From NCBI RefSeq assembly GCF_018350175.1, contig NC_058368.1, positions 220,226,001 through 220,290,000 of the forward strand: DNA of 64,000 bases. The letters run 5' to 3'. The first letter of the stretch is position 1. Each line of letters opens with the position of its first letter. Shown piece by piece: positions 38,511-52,323 of this stretch. Position numbers and translations under genes: made by a program. The DNA is from Felis catus. Its lineage: Eukaryota. The notes beneath the pieces were generated by a model. That model did no database searches. It worked only from the letters and a program-made list of their open reading frames with translations, and had not been told where the DNA came from.

Positions 38511-40959
38511 ACAGCCATACATAAAAGTCTAAAATTATAGAAAAAAATGATAGAATTTGTTTCTGCTTAATTGATTTATAGATATCTTCTTTACTTTGAT
38601 TTTCTTTCTCCCCAGAATAAAAATAATGATCTGAATAATAGAAATTATTTTAAAAATAAAGTTGTCTTGTTGCAATCAAACATAAATATATTTTACAATA
38701 TTAAATTAAGTCCAATCAGATTTTTTTTCTTAAGACCATCTTCACTATTGAAAGGTTCTACTGTCAATGAACACAGACATATATACAATCGAAAATAAGA
38801 AATTGTAATATATAAATATGAAGGCTAATAATATTACTGTTTTACCCTTCAAAATAAAGAAATACTAGGACCCCTTGGAGAAAATATAAATGACATGAAT
38901 CCCGGAAATTGGCATTACATATTTATATACATTGGTTGTGTTTTTTTGGAAGTTTTAAAATATTACTATATTATTGAAAATGTATCACTTACGAACTTGA
39001 AAAAAATAATCTGCCTTATCAGTAAACAAGAATGATTTTTCATGCTTGATATGTAACAAGGTGTGATAACCTTAGATTAGAAGAAAAGGATGACAGTGAG
39101 AGAGACCTATATTAAAAAATAATAAATTTTTAATTGACACAATTTCAGCTAATAGTATGTGTCTACTCTCTCTGGTTTATAAATGTAACCTTTTCCTATA
39201 GTTTTCTTTTTGACAATATAACAAAATACACAGACATTTCTACATCAAAAAAAAAAAGTCCCTGTATTGATATAAACTTCCCATGAAAAGCTTTTTTATT
39301 TATTTTTGAAAGTTTTTTTAGAATAAACGTGATGCCATATTCTTTATTGTGACACCATTTAATTCTATTTGACAACGTCGACATTCTGTATACTTTGTTC
39401 TTCTCCATAAAGCAAGTTATGCTCTTTCTTGAGCTCCACCTCACAATGACTTGTTCCATATGTGGATTTTGCTTTTTCTCTCTTCTATTCTTTGCCCAAC
39501 ACTTGTAACCAATTTTATCACTTTCCCAAAAGTCTTCTTGCCTTATGACAGAAGCCCCATTCTATTGGCAGTGACCAGTAATTCTCTTGTTACCTAAAGA
39601 ACACATTTTATTCCAGGATAACATTACATTCGTGGCAGCTTTTTAAACCTTTAGTGACAGTAATTATCCTGAGAGTGTATACATTACAGAATTAGAGTTT
39701 CAGATTGAAAATATGAATCCCATACCATTTTTTTTCACCTTTCAACACAATAAGACATTATCTAAATTGCTGGAGAAAATATTTGTGTTTCAAAATTGCA
39801 TCTGTGATTTCAACTGATGCAATTTATAGTGAAATTTGATATTATAACTAACCACTGGTCAGAATAAATTTGAAAGCAATATGCCTAATCACAGTCTGCC
39901 CGAATTAGAATGGCTGAAAACCATCCTATGTTACATGTAAACTTTTAAAAATCAATTTGAAACAAGAGGATAGGGAAAACATAAGTGATAAATGAGGATT
40001 CTTTCCATTACCGAGTGGCTAAATAAAGAGATTTCATACTTGGTTGTTATCACTATAAATATGAAAACACTATTTTGGAGGGATATATTATACCAATTTA
40101 AGAGAATGTGATACACCATGAGATAGTATATGACCATTAGATAAGCATGAAAGACTTTGCTATTGGACATTAAAAAAAAATGCTGGAGGAACTGAGCTGT
40201 GCTGATGACGTGGAGGTACTCCATAAGGGCAAACAATAAATGGTAGGTCTATTTATACGCAGTGATAGTCCTCTAAGGTCATTTTCAGGTACATTTTAAT
40301 GGAAATTTATTTGCTTTATTTATGTGCCACAGAGTTCTTTCTAAGCAAAAGAAGAAAGCCATTTTTCCATTACTGGTAGTGTAAGCTGCCAACAGGTCCC
40401 CTGCAACCTTCATGTTGAATGAGGCAGAAACACAGCGGCACATCACTTAGATGATTCGCTGAGGGGGATACGTTCTGTTTATATTTATCACTGTTATTTC
40501 TCTAAAATAACCTAACTTATTATTCACTGGAGAGAAAGCCCCTAATCAGTTTAAAATTGCCTTGATGTAGAAGAGTACTTTCTATATGAGCAGCAGGCGT
40601 AGAAGTCAGAATGATTGAGAAAATCCGTTTCAAAAACAGCAGGACAAGAAATTAGGTGGCAGGAATCATGCTTAATTTCCTCACCATGCTCATGAAACTG
40701 TTTTTTAATGGTTTCAACCAAGGTATGAAAGCATCGGCTACTAGAAAATGAACATGAAACATCTTTTTATACATGGAAGTATAAGAAGAAAATATTTAAG
40801 AAATTCTATGCAACAGAAGTACAGATGGCCATGCGAGTTCTCGATGGGCGTGTAATCATTCTTGCGGTAGTCAGAGAAAGCTAAAGAGAGTAAGTGATAG
40901 CTAACTAGGTTAATAAACGTTGAACACGCTTTGGCCAACATTGAAAGGTAGGTTGAAGA

Positions 40960-41850
40960 AACAGCCTTTGGAAAGGTTAAGGAAGTGAGAGACGGAATGG
41001 CATATGTAACCATTCAAGGGTGTTTGGAGGGATTGGAAAAAAGTTATAGGAATGGTGAAATGGGGCTGTGCATTATGACTTGGACTTTTAACGGAAGGTA
41101 ACTGGAACTCACTGAAAGGTTTTCATTAGAAAGGTAAATTAATCATATATACATGATTAATATATATATTTAACGTTTATTTATTATTGAGAGACAGACA
41201 CAGAGCGTGAGCAGGGGAGGGGTAGAGAGAAGGGGGAGACACAGAATCTGAAACAGGCTCCAGGCTCTGAGCTGTCAGCACAGAGTCTGACGCGGGGCTC
41301 CAACTCACAAACTGCCAGATCATGACCTGAGCCGAAGTCCGTTGCCCAACCGACTGAGCCACCCAGGCACCCCTATATATATAGAATATAGAATATAGAA
41401 TATAATAGAATATAATAGAATATAATATATATTTTTAATGAATAATGTATCTAACTAACATTGGAAACTAGATTAAAGTGGGCAAGGCTGGGTACAGGGA
41501 AAACCAAACAGGAGAATGTTACTATTAAGTTTGGGGAATGAAGAAGTGAGACCGGTTGCACTCAGCAATAAAATGTCTGCTTTGCACAACATGTGCCAGT
41601 CACAGGAAAAGGGAATAAGAAGAGGAGCCGAGCAGTTTTGGAAGTCAGGATTAGAGGCAAGAAACGTTAAGTATGTTTTTGACATGTTTAATTTAGCATC
41701 ATTGTAAAATATCTAAATGACGATGTAAGTAGGTATCTGATGATATGGAAGCTCAAGAGGGAGCTCAAAGATGGAGATATAAATTATGGTGTCATCGGAA
41801 TATAAATAGATTTAGATAAAGATATATGGTGATTGGATGGATTATTAAAG
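40960..41850 (-). mobile_element. L2 relic interrupted by a SINE
   Basis: gacttggacttttaa...ggaactcactgaaaggtttt; gtttttgacatgttta; ggaagctcaagagggagctcaaagatggagatataaatt. Confidence 0.55.
41169..41373 (-). mobile_element. CanSINE in TA-rich tract, followed by (TAGAATA)-type repeat 41374-41432
   Basis: SINE body. Confidence 0.95.
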
Positions 41851-43556
41851 AACGTTTGATATTATTAAGCTGAAGTAATAATTTATACATATGAATGAAA
41901 ATTAGTCTCTGAGGATTAAGGTTAGGATGGAATTTAGATAATTAAAATAACTAGTTTGACACACAAGGGAGAAAAACATCTGTTCCATGGAAACAGAGAG
42001 AGCATATGTACAAAAGACAAGAATGCAAATAAAGCTCTAGTGTAGGTAACAAATAGTCATAGGCGTTTCCACTTCATAGTGTTTAGCTTTGTTTAAAGTC
42101 ACAGAAGTCATCTATAACACTAAGGAGAGAAAGGAAAGTAAATTTCGGGGGGGGGGAATGTAGATAGAGGTTGAAATAACTACATGAAGAAGAGACAAGA
42201 TAGAATTTACTGTTTTTTGTAATTTGAATCCAAGAGTCATTAAAGACCATGAATCAACTGTGACATTTATCTGTTTTTATTGTCACACCAAAAGGATTTC
42301 CTCCAGCAATTCTTAAATACTAGCATGCAGTAGCATAAAAATATATGAAGTTGTTTTGACAGGAGTTTGCAACGTTGAAAGAGAGTTGAGAATACTAGTA
42401 AGATGGTATTTGAAGCAAAGGAAATGAAGTTCAGAACAAAGTTGAAAAATAGAGGATTCTGAGATACCTGGAAGAAAGATCAGGAAGTTTCTGGAACACT
42501 GACTTTCAATTATATTTTTTTCATACATCCATATCACCCACTCTTAGAGTTGCCTGACAGACCTTGTAGGCACCAACCACTGGAATCGTCACATGTTCAT
42601 GCTAAGTCTGCCCTTCCTACCATGGCCTCGATGTTGGTAGGTAATTTACTCAACCAGTTTCTGCAAGCAAACAACAAAAACATAATGATATTAACACTTT
42701 TAACCTACAAATTTTTCTCTTTTCTCCACCTGTGCCAAACTTCCCTTCCCTTCTTTCTCCACATAGTTACTCTTCCTTAAACTCTTAATGTTATTTCCTG
42801 TGGTGTGGACTCTGCTTGAAACTCAAAATTGTCTCGCATGTTTTGTACTTTCTAATTATACTCTAATTATACTCTGTACATTTCTCATTGGGAGTTATTC
42901 CTGAAAACTATTATCAGTCATATCATTATGGAGCAAATTACAGGGGTTTGAAGAGTTTCTGGCTAAAACTTCAGAACCATTAGTTGACATGCACATGTTC
43001 TCTAGGAATATTATTATAACTGAATATGTTAACATTTTCTAGTACACTTTTGATGTATTTCATTTGGTGCAATGTTTCTACCATATATACTTTTGAATGT
43101 GATATGACATAATAATGAATGAATCAGTTTTCTTATTGAAGAATCATTATGAACTCATCAGACTTCAATGATTGGCTTCATTTTTTGACTAGATCCTTAA
43201 TGCCTCTTCCAGTACCTGAATATTTATGCTTCCTCAGGATATGCATATGGTGGATATGCAGCTGCTTTTATGAAAATCTTGTGGAAGACTCTATGTACAT
43301 ACTCTTAACTTCCACTAGCCATGCTAAGTGCATAAAGAACTACGTTGTTGGAATGATGCTTTTTGGAGAGACAACCTGAAATCTCAGACAAAGGCAAATC
43401 CATTTGACAAAATGGATATGTCAGGTTATATTTTTAATGATCAGTGTTTAACAACAAAATGTACATATGTTTCAAGATTATTTAGTATATTGAGCAGCTA
43501 TGTAAAATATTTTGGTCTTTTTAGAATGTTATGCCTTATTTTAGAAGTAAATTTCT

Positions 43557-43775
43557 GGGGGTGCCTGAGTGACTCAGTCAGTTAAGCGTTCTACTTCGGC
43601 TCAGGTCATGATCTCACAGTTCATGGATTCAAGCCCCGTGTCAGGCTCTGTGCAGATAGCTCAGAGCCTGGAGCCCGCTTCAGATTCTGTGTCTCCCTCT
43701 CTTTTCCCCTCTCCCTATCATACTCTGTCTCTTTCTGTCTCTCAAAAATCAATAAATGTTAATTTTTTTTTAAAA
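43557..43775 (+). mobile_element. CanSINE
   Basis: SINE body. Confidence 0.95.
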
Positions 43776-44399
43776 CAAAGAAAGAAAATTCTGGCTTTGA
43801 GGTCCTAGATGACCTCCTACCAACAGGATAGAGAAACTGATAACAATGTTCCAGGTTCATTTTACTGGTGCAAAAGGGGAAAAAGTATCTCACAACCATT
43901 AAGTTTAATCCATTCTTGTAACAAAACAAGGAAAGCAAATGTACAACGTACATGAAAAGAAAACATGAACACTATTTGTACCTCGATGTAGAATTCTGCC
44001 TTTGACTTACGGAGATATTTGAAAACAAAACTGAGGCCTTTTGGTTTATGCTACAATCTGTATAGCATACCATGATCTGTCACTGCAAGGAAACACCCCT
44101 GAAGACACAACAAAGAATATTGCTGCCAGGAACTGACATAAATTGCTATAAATTATAAATTCCACTGAACTGAATCTTCAGGGAAATAAATTATAACCAA
44201 TGTCATCCAAAATACTTTATCTCATTAACTCAACAGCCCATTTCCTGCAATGGTAAATTGATTCTTATTCCTTCTTCAATTTGGCTCATAAAAAAAATTA
44301 TACCAACAAAATTGTCAAACTCTCATCCTCTCTGCAGGCATATGGTAATATCTGCTTTCCTTTCATCTGCAATTTTCATGTTTTTAAAAGTTGTTTATA

Positions 44400-44620
44400 G
44401 GGGCGCCTGGGTGGCTTGGTAGGTTAAGCGTCCGACTTCGGCTCAGGTCATGATCTCACCGTTCGAGAGTTCGAGCCCCGCGTAGGGCTCTGTGCTGACA
44501 GCTCGGAGCCTGGAGCCTGTTTCAGATTCTGTGTCTCCCTCTCTCTCTGCCCCTCCCCCGTTCATGCTCTGTCTCTCTGTCTCAAAAATAAATAAACGTT
44601 AAAAAAATTTTTTTTAAATA
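44400..44620 (+). mobile_element. CanSINE (relatively young)
   Basis: CpG-rich body; degenerate TSD aaaa(gt)tgtttat. Confidence 0.95.
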
Positions 44621-46449
44621 AATTTAAATCAAAATGTTTATTCAGGATTGAAACATAGAAAGAAAATTTGAAAATTAAACTTTGAAAAGTCTAATAATAC
44701 ATAATAAAAGCAATAATGTAGCATTGATAATATTTATCCAAAATCTTATTTATATAAAGAAAAAAGTAAGAAGTAGTGGGACAGGAAAGACGATGAAATA
44801 GTAACAATATGTTGCATCTAAAGATCTGATCCGAAGTAAATACTTTCTCTGATTATCATAATCGAATGACTTTGAACTAATGCATTTAGAATTCTTAATG
44901 ATTTTATGACCTGCTTATAGCTCTCTAACTGGCTAATTCCTGCACACCCACTGATATGTTCTTAAAATGATAAAATTGATTAAATTGATAAGTTGCAGAA
45001 TTATAGTGTCTTCTTCCAACTACATATTTTGTGATATTTCTGTTATGTATTACATAACAACTTAGTTGGGACAGTATCTATTAGAAGAAATCAACAACTT
45101 TCATTTTTAAACTCCCTTTCTAAATGTAACTGAACAGAGGAAAAATACAAGCTAAATTTTTGGTGGCCATTGGGAGAATATGAGAAGCTATTACTTAGAC
45201 TTCCTTTTGACCTTTAAATAAATGAAATACATGTAATTTATAATTCTGTGTTTCTACACCTGTAATTGGTAAGAGCTTTTAAAGCTCTGCAAATCTCCTT
45301 TATCGTAGATATCATTAGCTAGGAAGAAGGATCATAGGCTTACCCAGTTCCTTTCATGAGTTATAATAAATAAATTAGATTTATTATCCAAATCAAATAG
45401 TAATTTAAGATTTTTGTTGAGTAATAAGTATTCTATAATTGCATACATTTTCTGAAGTCAAAAAAGTAACTTTGGCTTTGATTGTTATTTGAAGCTTTGG
45501 AATTTTACAACTTAACATACCCCCCCCATAACCTGTAAATTAAAAACTAGAAACAATATTATTGAACAAGGACAAATAATTCACTTAAAAATTAGATGGA
45601 TTTAAAAAACAATTCACATGAGCCAATAAACTCTATTTTTCACACATTTTTTGTTTCAAAACTTTCCTGTTTCTGAAAATCTGTAATTAAAGGTTTACTA
45701 AAATTATATAACATGGCAAAGTTATGACCCAAAAGATTCTTAAGCTCAGTCTTTAATTATTTAAAACATAAGAAAAAAGGGACCAAATAACCAAATAATT
45801 TTTATAAATGTACCTATGAAGCATGAGTAATTTATGATGTGAGTTATAATAATTACATTAATGCAGAGCATAGTAACTGTGATGTAAAATAGGATAACAT
45901 TTAAAGCACAGAGATCCATGATGCTAGAAACAAATAATGCAGGGAAAGTTTAGCTAGCATAATAGCTCACACTGCATTCCCAAATGCTATTAGCAACATC
46001 TGTGTATGTAAACAAAATGGTACCTTCTTAGTATTCTACAGATAAAAGTTAAGTGTGCAAAGTAAGCAATAATCCCAAACTATATATATACTTGAAATAC
46101 AGCTTGAATTTTTAAACATGAGTTATGATATATACCATTTAAATAAATTCTACTTTTTTGTAAATATAAATATGTTCTGAGCATACATATCTTCTTCACT
46201 AATTAAACAGCAGTGTTTGGATTTTTTTCAGATTTGTAAATTATAATAAATCTTCTCTCTTATTTAATTGCCACAACTTGTTCAAAGATATTTAGGACAT
46301 AGTATTTAGTAACATGAAACTTAAGAAAACACTCAAAGACAATCTTTTTTTTTTTTTTTTGAGAAAAAAATTTTAGGTTTTCCTATTCTACATTTTTTTG
46401 GGGGGTTTTATAGGAATTTACATTTCTAAAAGAACAGCCTATTGTCTCT

Positions 46450-47015
46450 TTAGGGACAAAATAATAGCCTTCTAATTGTTTTTCCTGTTCTCACTTTTGT
46501 CACCCTATGTTCATTCCCTGCATAGGAGTCAACATGGCCCTTCAAGGAGGTCCACATTCCCAATGGAGATATCCAAATGCCTCCACAATCAGATTCCTCA
46601 CGACCTCAGACCACTCAATAGCTCAGTATATTCTAGTTACATTCACTTTACTTGTGTTCCTTGAACAGTGGATGTTTGTACTACCTCCCTGGAATATTCT
46701 TTCCCAAATCTTCATGAGGGTGCTTGTTTCTTGGTGCTTGATCTCAACTCAGAAGATCACAAGAGAGGCCTCCCCTGACACCCACTATAAGGTGGTGGGT
46801 GCTATAAGGGTACTATAAGGGCGCTCAGGTTAGGCTCTCCATTATGCCCTTTCACATTCCTATAATGGATTTATCCTCATAGAATTTGTCACTATGTGAA
46901 ATTATTCATTAGTTCCTCTACCTCTATCAGAGTAGAACCATCTACACCAGTGACGGTCCTCAGCATGTAGAAACCTCTCAGTAAATATTGCCTCACCAAG
47001 TGAATGAAAATAAAT
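46450..47015 (+). mobile_element. L2 3'-end relic
   Basis: agcctTctaattgtttttcctg, cctggaatattctttccc, agagaggcctcccctgacacc, tcagtaaatattg...gaatgaa. Confidence 0.6.
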
Positions 47016-50000
47016 GAAATGAAGAAGAATTGGATGGGGAATTAGCTCTGTGTACATATTAGCTGTGTGAATAAGAAGTTGAAAAAAATAATTTAGTCTT
47101 GCTTGATTTCTCTTCGCTTTTTGGTTTTGAATTAAGTAACATGAAAATACATTCTATACAGTTGTCAGTTAACAAGTCTTGAGTACGTATTCCTGTAAAA
47201 GTTTAATACTAGACAATTTTAGGTTGGTAGTAATTCTTTTGGTTAAAGAACAGCCATATGTCATTCCTTCTGTAGAAGGTGGTTGGATGATATAAAAGAA
47301 GCATAAAATAGTTTTTGAAAAAAAGAGAAAATGATTACATCTTACATCTAAAGCACATATGCAGTGCTCACTCTGACCAAACATACTAGTTAAGTCATGT
47401 TTTATAGACAGTTGTCTAAGAGACAACTTAAGTAAATGATTTACAGCATTCCTTTACAGATGTAGTTTTAAATAAAATATATGAACTTGTTAAGTAGGTA
47501 TTTAAAAATCTTTCTTTAGTTGTTTTAACTATCCCTACTTTTTCACCTGTCATTCATCCAATTTTAATTCTTTTTTTTTGGCTGAACATGCAGAAAGAAT
47601 TCATATTTTTAGAACACCTTTTAAAGAGTCTTACATATGATTTTAAGCAGAAAGGGTTAAGCATTATTTGAAAATGTAGAAAGAGGGGGAGGGAATTCTC
47701 TAGTTTTCTCCAGAAAAAAAAAACTTGATTACAAATGATGAATTTGGGGTGAGACCTACCCCCATTACAGTTTCTGACATTTATAACCTGCAATTATGAG
47801 TATTACTCTATCAAAAGCACATGTTGGAATACAACTGAGTGAGACTGGAGCCTACATATCTCCACATGCTCCAGCCTTCATTGCCTGTTTATTTTGTCAC
47901 TTTCTACCCCCTCGCTTTTGAGTCTCCTTGCAGTTTATCAGGTGCACCCTGTTTTCTTTTTCCCAGGCACACATCGTAACAAGTGCGGTTCTCTCTGTGT
48001 GGAATGTGTTGTACCTCCTTCTCCACCTCCCCACAAAGCAGATCCACTGAGTAGGCTATGATCCTGTTCCAAGCACGGATGAAATACCACTTTCTCTGGA
48101 AAAGGAAAAGGAGAGGCATCCCGTACCCTTCTTCCCTCCACACTGGATCGGGTTCCTTCGGCTACAAACTGTCAATACCATGTATGCTTTTCACTCACAG
48201 CACTTCCCACAAGTATCTTAGGGTGATGATTTGATTTCTACTAATATCGCCGAGTAGGCAAGCAATGTAAATAGAAGAGAATTGATGACTCCATTTTCCA
48301 TTTATTCCTCAAAACAAAACCAATGCCTGCTACATAGTAAGCGTTCAATAAAATATTTGGAAAATATTTGAACTAAATTGCTAACTTAATAAATAAGTAA
48401 ATGACTTCCGGTGTTTCTCTGTACGCAACTATATATTAAGCATTAAATTTACTAAGCATATAAGTCTGCTATACAAGTATTTGAAACAACGAATGCTTAC
48501 ATACCTCCTCTTTTTTTAAATTCTATTTCTAGAAAATATTGTCCGAGTGGTTACCCGTGATGGAAACATGGATCCTACTTCATTATACCTTTCCTTTATT
48601 TTCCATACCTAATTGGTCTCAAAATTCTGTTGATTCCTCTACTTCCTGTGTTTTGAGATTACTGCCCACCTTTCACCCTTACTTACTCACACTTACATAC
48701 TGCATTCTTATCTTAGAGCAATAATAATTTATTTCTGAATTCATTCAAGATGTTCCACAATATGGCATTTGTAATCTAAGGCTTTTGATATTTAGGTTTG
48801 AGAGTAATATTTTTTCTCGTCTTTAGAGGAAATTTCCAGCTTTAGCTGACAGGACAGATTTAGAAGGTAATAATTTGAAGGATATTTATTATCTTTATAT
48901 ACTCTGCCTTCTGAGGACACTGTTACAAAAGAGATGAAAAGAATGGTTTGAAATCTCCCTTTCCTGGTGTGCCCATCCTTCCTCTCCCAATGTAGTTCAC
49001 TAAGAGCATTATCCTGCCTTTGCTCTTGCAAGAAGAGTAATTCTTCTAGGACACACAGAAATGGAGATGAGGAAAAACAGGTATTTCAGTCCGCTCATAG
49101 CAGTTTCAGGAAAACTGAGCTAGTAGAAGCTTACTCTCATGTAAATGAAAGTTACATAAAAACAATATACAAGCCATGTTTGCCAACACCACTTTGCACA
49201 AATTCACTTAAATGCAGCAGGATTTTTATAAAATGTATTGAAACTTAATCTAAAATTTTTTCAGTTTTTAAAACTTGAACCTCACATATAAAGTAGTAGC
49301 AATTATAAGCATGAAAGCATGTTTACTCTTCATTTGAAAAACTAAAGGCAATTAACTAAAGGGTTTAATTACTGTTTTATTTAAATATATTATTTCACCT
49401 AGTGAATAGTATGTTAAGAATATGATGTCTCTTTTATTTTTTGTTTCCCCAACAGTCCTTAAAATAACACTTTGTTTACAGCAGGTTCTCACTAAATTGG
49501 CATAGAATTTGCATTTAAAGAGAGATTGAATTCAGAGTCACTATACACTAAAACTTTTTAAACTAGTGGAATATTTACGAATTATAATTTGCTTCGGATA
49601 TCAGTCAGCTCACAATTGACAACTAAGACTTTGAAGTATGGGCACGGTAGATACATATATTCCCCTGCTGACCTGGCCAAAGGTAAAAGAACTTTTCCTA
49701 AAACACACACGTATACTTGCAGCAAAATAAGATAAAGGTATTCCTTTTGTGCTTGCCTATTTATGGTTACTTTATTTGTAAGGCTCACTCATTTGGACTA
49801 ATCAACATGATGAATAATCCCTTACTTAAATTCTCTTCCCAGATCAACAAGCATACCTCCAGTGGAGTCTGGTATCTTATCTGGCAGCTCGGTCGTCATA
49901 TAAAATAAATCAGAACACAGATCTTTCACCCTCCTTTACCACATCCATTTTTTTCTCATAAATACTTACTTATTTACAAAGTATTACCTCATTTGTATCT

Positions 50001-50058
50001 CTACATGATTATACCTTTCTGATTGAGAAATACAATTTTAAAAAGTAAATTATTTCTT

Positions 50059-50234
50059 CTTTTAATGTTTTATTTATTTTTGAGAGAAAGAGCATGAGCT
50101 GGAAAGGGGCAGAGAGAGAAGGAGAGGTAGGATCCCAAACAGGCCCTACACTGGCAGCCATCCCACGCGGGGCTGGAACTCACAAGCCTGAAACAAAGTC
50201 GGATACTCCACCGACTGAACCACCCAGGAGCCCC
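50059..50234 (-). mobile_element. CanSINE (diverged, shortened)
   Basis: TSD agtaaattatttctt at 50044-50058 and 50238-50252. Confidence 0.93.
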
Positions 50235-50662
50235 AAGAGTAAATTATTTCTTAAGGCCAAAGGTACACGTGCATGTTCTCATATTCTCATAACCCATTTA
50301 AGGGTGGGAACTAAAGGGCAGTGGGAATACACCCCGTCAATTCCAATGCTACCTGAAGTTAGCGGCCATCTTCCCTTAATCTAAGACTGTGTCACAAATA
50401 CTTTGAATAAGTGCATTATTTTTTTATATATTTGATTGAATGCTGAGATTGTATGTTCTCTGTTTAATAAAATAGACATATTTCAATATTAATAACTTTA
50501 TAAGGTGTATGATAATACGTCTATGTGGAGATACCTACTCAAAAAATGTATCATTTTATAATCTCTTTGCAATGTGTGTTTTCCCACTGGATTTTTTTGT
50601 CCAGTTCAAATTTTACTAGTGAGTTGGAGAGTTTATTGGGTTCCGTATGTCAACAGTTAGCT

Positions 50663-50886
50663 CTTTTTTAAAAAACTTTTTTAAAGTTTATTTATTTATT
50701 TTGGGATAGAGACAGTGGAAGTGGGGGAGGGGCAGAGAGAGCAGAGAGAGAGAATCCCAAGCAGGCTCCATGCTGCCAGTGCAGAGACTGACACAGGGCT
50801 CGAACTCATGAAACCCTGAGGCCATGATCTGAGTCAAATAAAACCAAGAGTCGGATGCTTGACAGACTGAGTCACGCAAGCGTTCC
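50663..50886 (-). mobile_element. CanSINE (older subfamily)
   Basis: TSD tcaac..ttagctctt. Confidence 0.93.
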
Positions 50887-52116
50887 TCAACTCTTAGCTC
50901 TTAATTCATGATTTATAGGTCATCCATGGAAAGTAGAAAGCCACTCATTAAAATTAGCTATCATCATCCCCCACTGATTTTTGTCAGGTACATAATGTGT
51001 CAGTGAGAAAGACTCCTGATTCTTGTCAATGCGTATTTGTAAATCTGAGCAATAAATGGGGCAGAAAGTGAGACTATCTCTGGGATAAAAAACAAATATA
51101 AAATTCTTGTTTTCTTAGCTTAATGAAGAATGGCAATAATAACACCTCTAGATAATCACTATATCCAGCCTCTCAAAACATTTCATCATATTGAATAACT
51201 AATTCCAAGATGGCTAAAAATGAATTGTATAATAAGAGGTAAAAATAAGATTAAAAACTGTTGATAGAAGAGTTATCAGTGAGCATAAATAACCCGTAAG
51301 TTAATAATAATAATAAAACCTTGGTTCCAAAAGACCCAACCTCCCTTCTGTCTGTTTTTCACCATTTTGCTCCAAATATCTAGAGCAATAGCTGACTCAT
51401 GGTAGATTCCAGTGAATATTTATCATGGTTTCACTATTTATTCTGGGTATTTTTCTGAAATATAAAGTATTCTTTCCTGAATGCAAACATAATTTATATC
51501 ACAATATACAAAGGAGAATAAACTGAGAAGTTATGCACCTACCCTCACCTTTTTCTCTCCTTTTCTGTTCACTCACTCCCATGTGCATAGTATTTATCAT
51601 TTCTTTTATTTTCCCTAAATATCACAAGCAAATGAAAGTATGTGTTTTTTCACCTACCCTTTTAAAATAAAGTAGTACCCTGTATATAATACAATAAAAC
51701 CTTGGACTGCAAGTAACTTGTTCCATGAGTATTCCACAAGACTAGCAAACATTTCTAATAAATTTTAACTTGATAAATGAGCAATGTCTTGCAATACAAG
51801 TAGTCCATGATGCTGAACGTCACATGATCACAGCTGAGCAATGGTTCTTCTCTCTCATACTCTCTCTCTCTCTTTCACTGAGAGATTGTGGGTGATTGTC
51901 TCCCATGCTCAGATGCTCGGTCTCAGGCCACAGCGTTTGGCAGAAATTAGTGATTTTTCAGAATGTCGGAAGGTGCCGACATCTGGCACTAGTGTATTTA
52001 TTGTTACTTCAGAGCACCTATGGACAGCCCTTTGCTTTTCCACACAAGGGTGAGCTTAGGAAAGCTTTGCTTTCTAGGTCATTGGATAGGTTCCTTGTTA
52101 AAATCGCACAAAAAGA

Positions 52117-52273
52117 GCTAGACAGAAAAAATATGCAGCCGAGAATCCTTTACCCAGCAAGTCTGTCATTTAGAATAGAAGGAGAGATAAAGGTCTTCCC
52201 AAACAAACAAAAACTGAAGGAATTTGTCACCACTAAACCAGCCCTACAAGAGATCCTAAGGGGGACCCTGTGA
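52117..52273 (+). pseudogene. L1 ORF1p C-terminal remnant (~51 codons)
   Basis: [51 protein letters not shown]. Confidence 0.92.
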
Positions 52274-52323
52274 GACAAAGTCCCAGAGACATCACTACAA
52301 GCATAAAACATACAGACATCACA

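Noticed and set aside
52270..52323. 18-aa N-terminal extension of ORF2 in the ORF track
   Set aside because: Begins at a GTG overlapping the ORF1 stop; the canonical ORF2 start is ATG 52324
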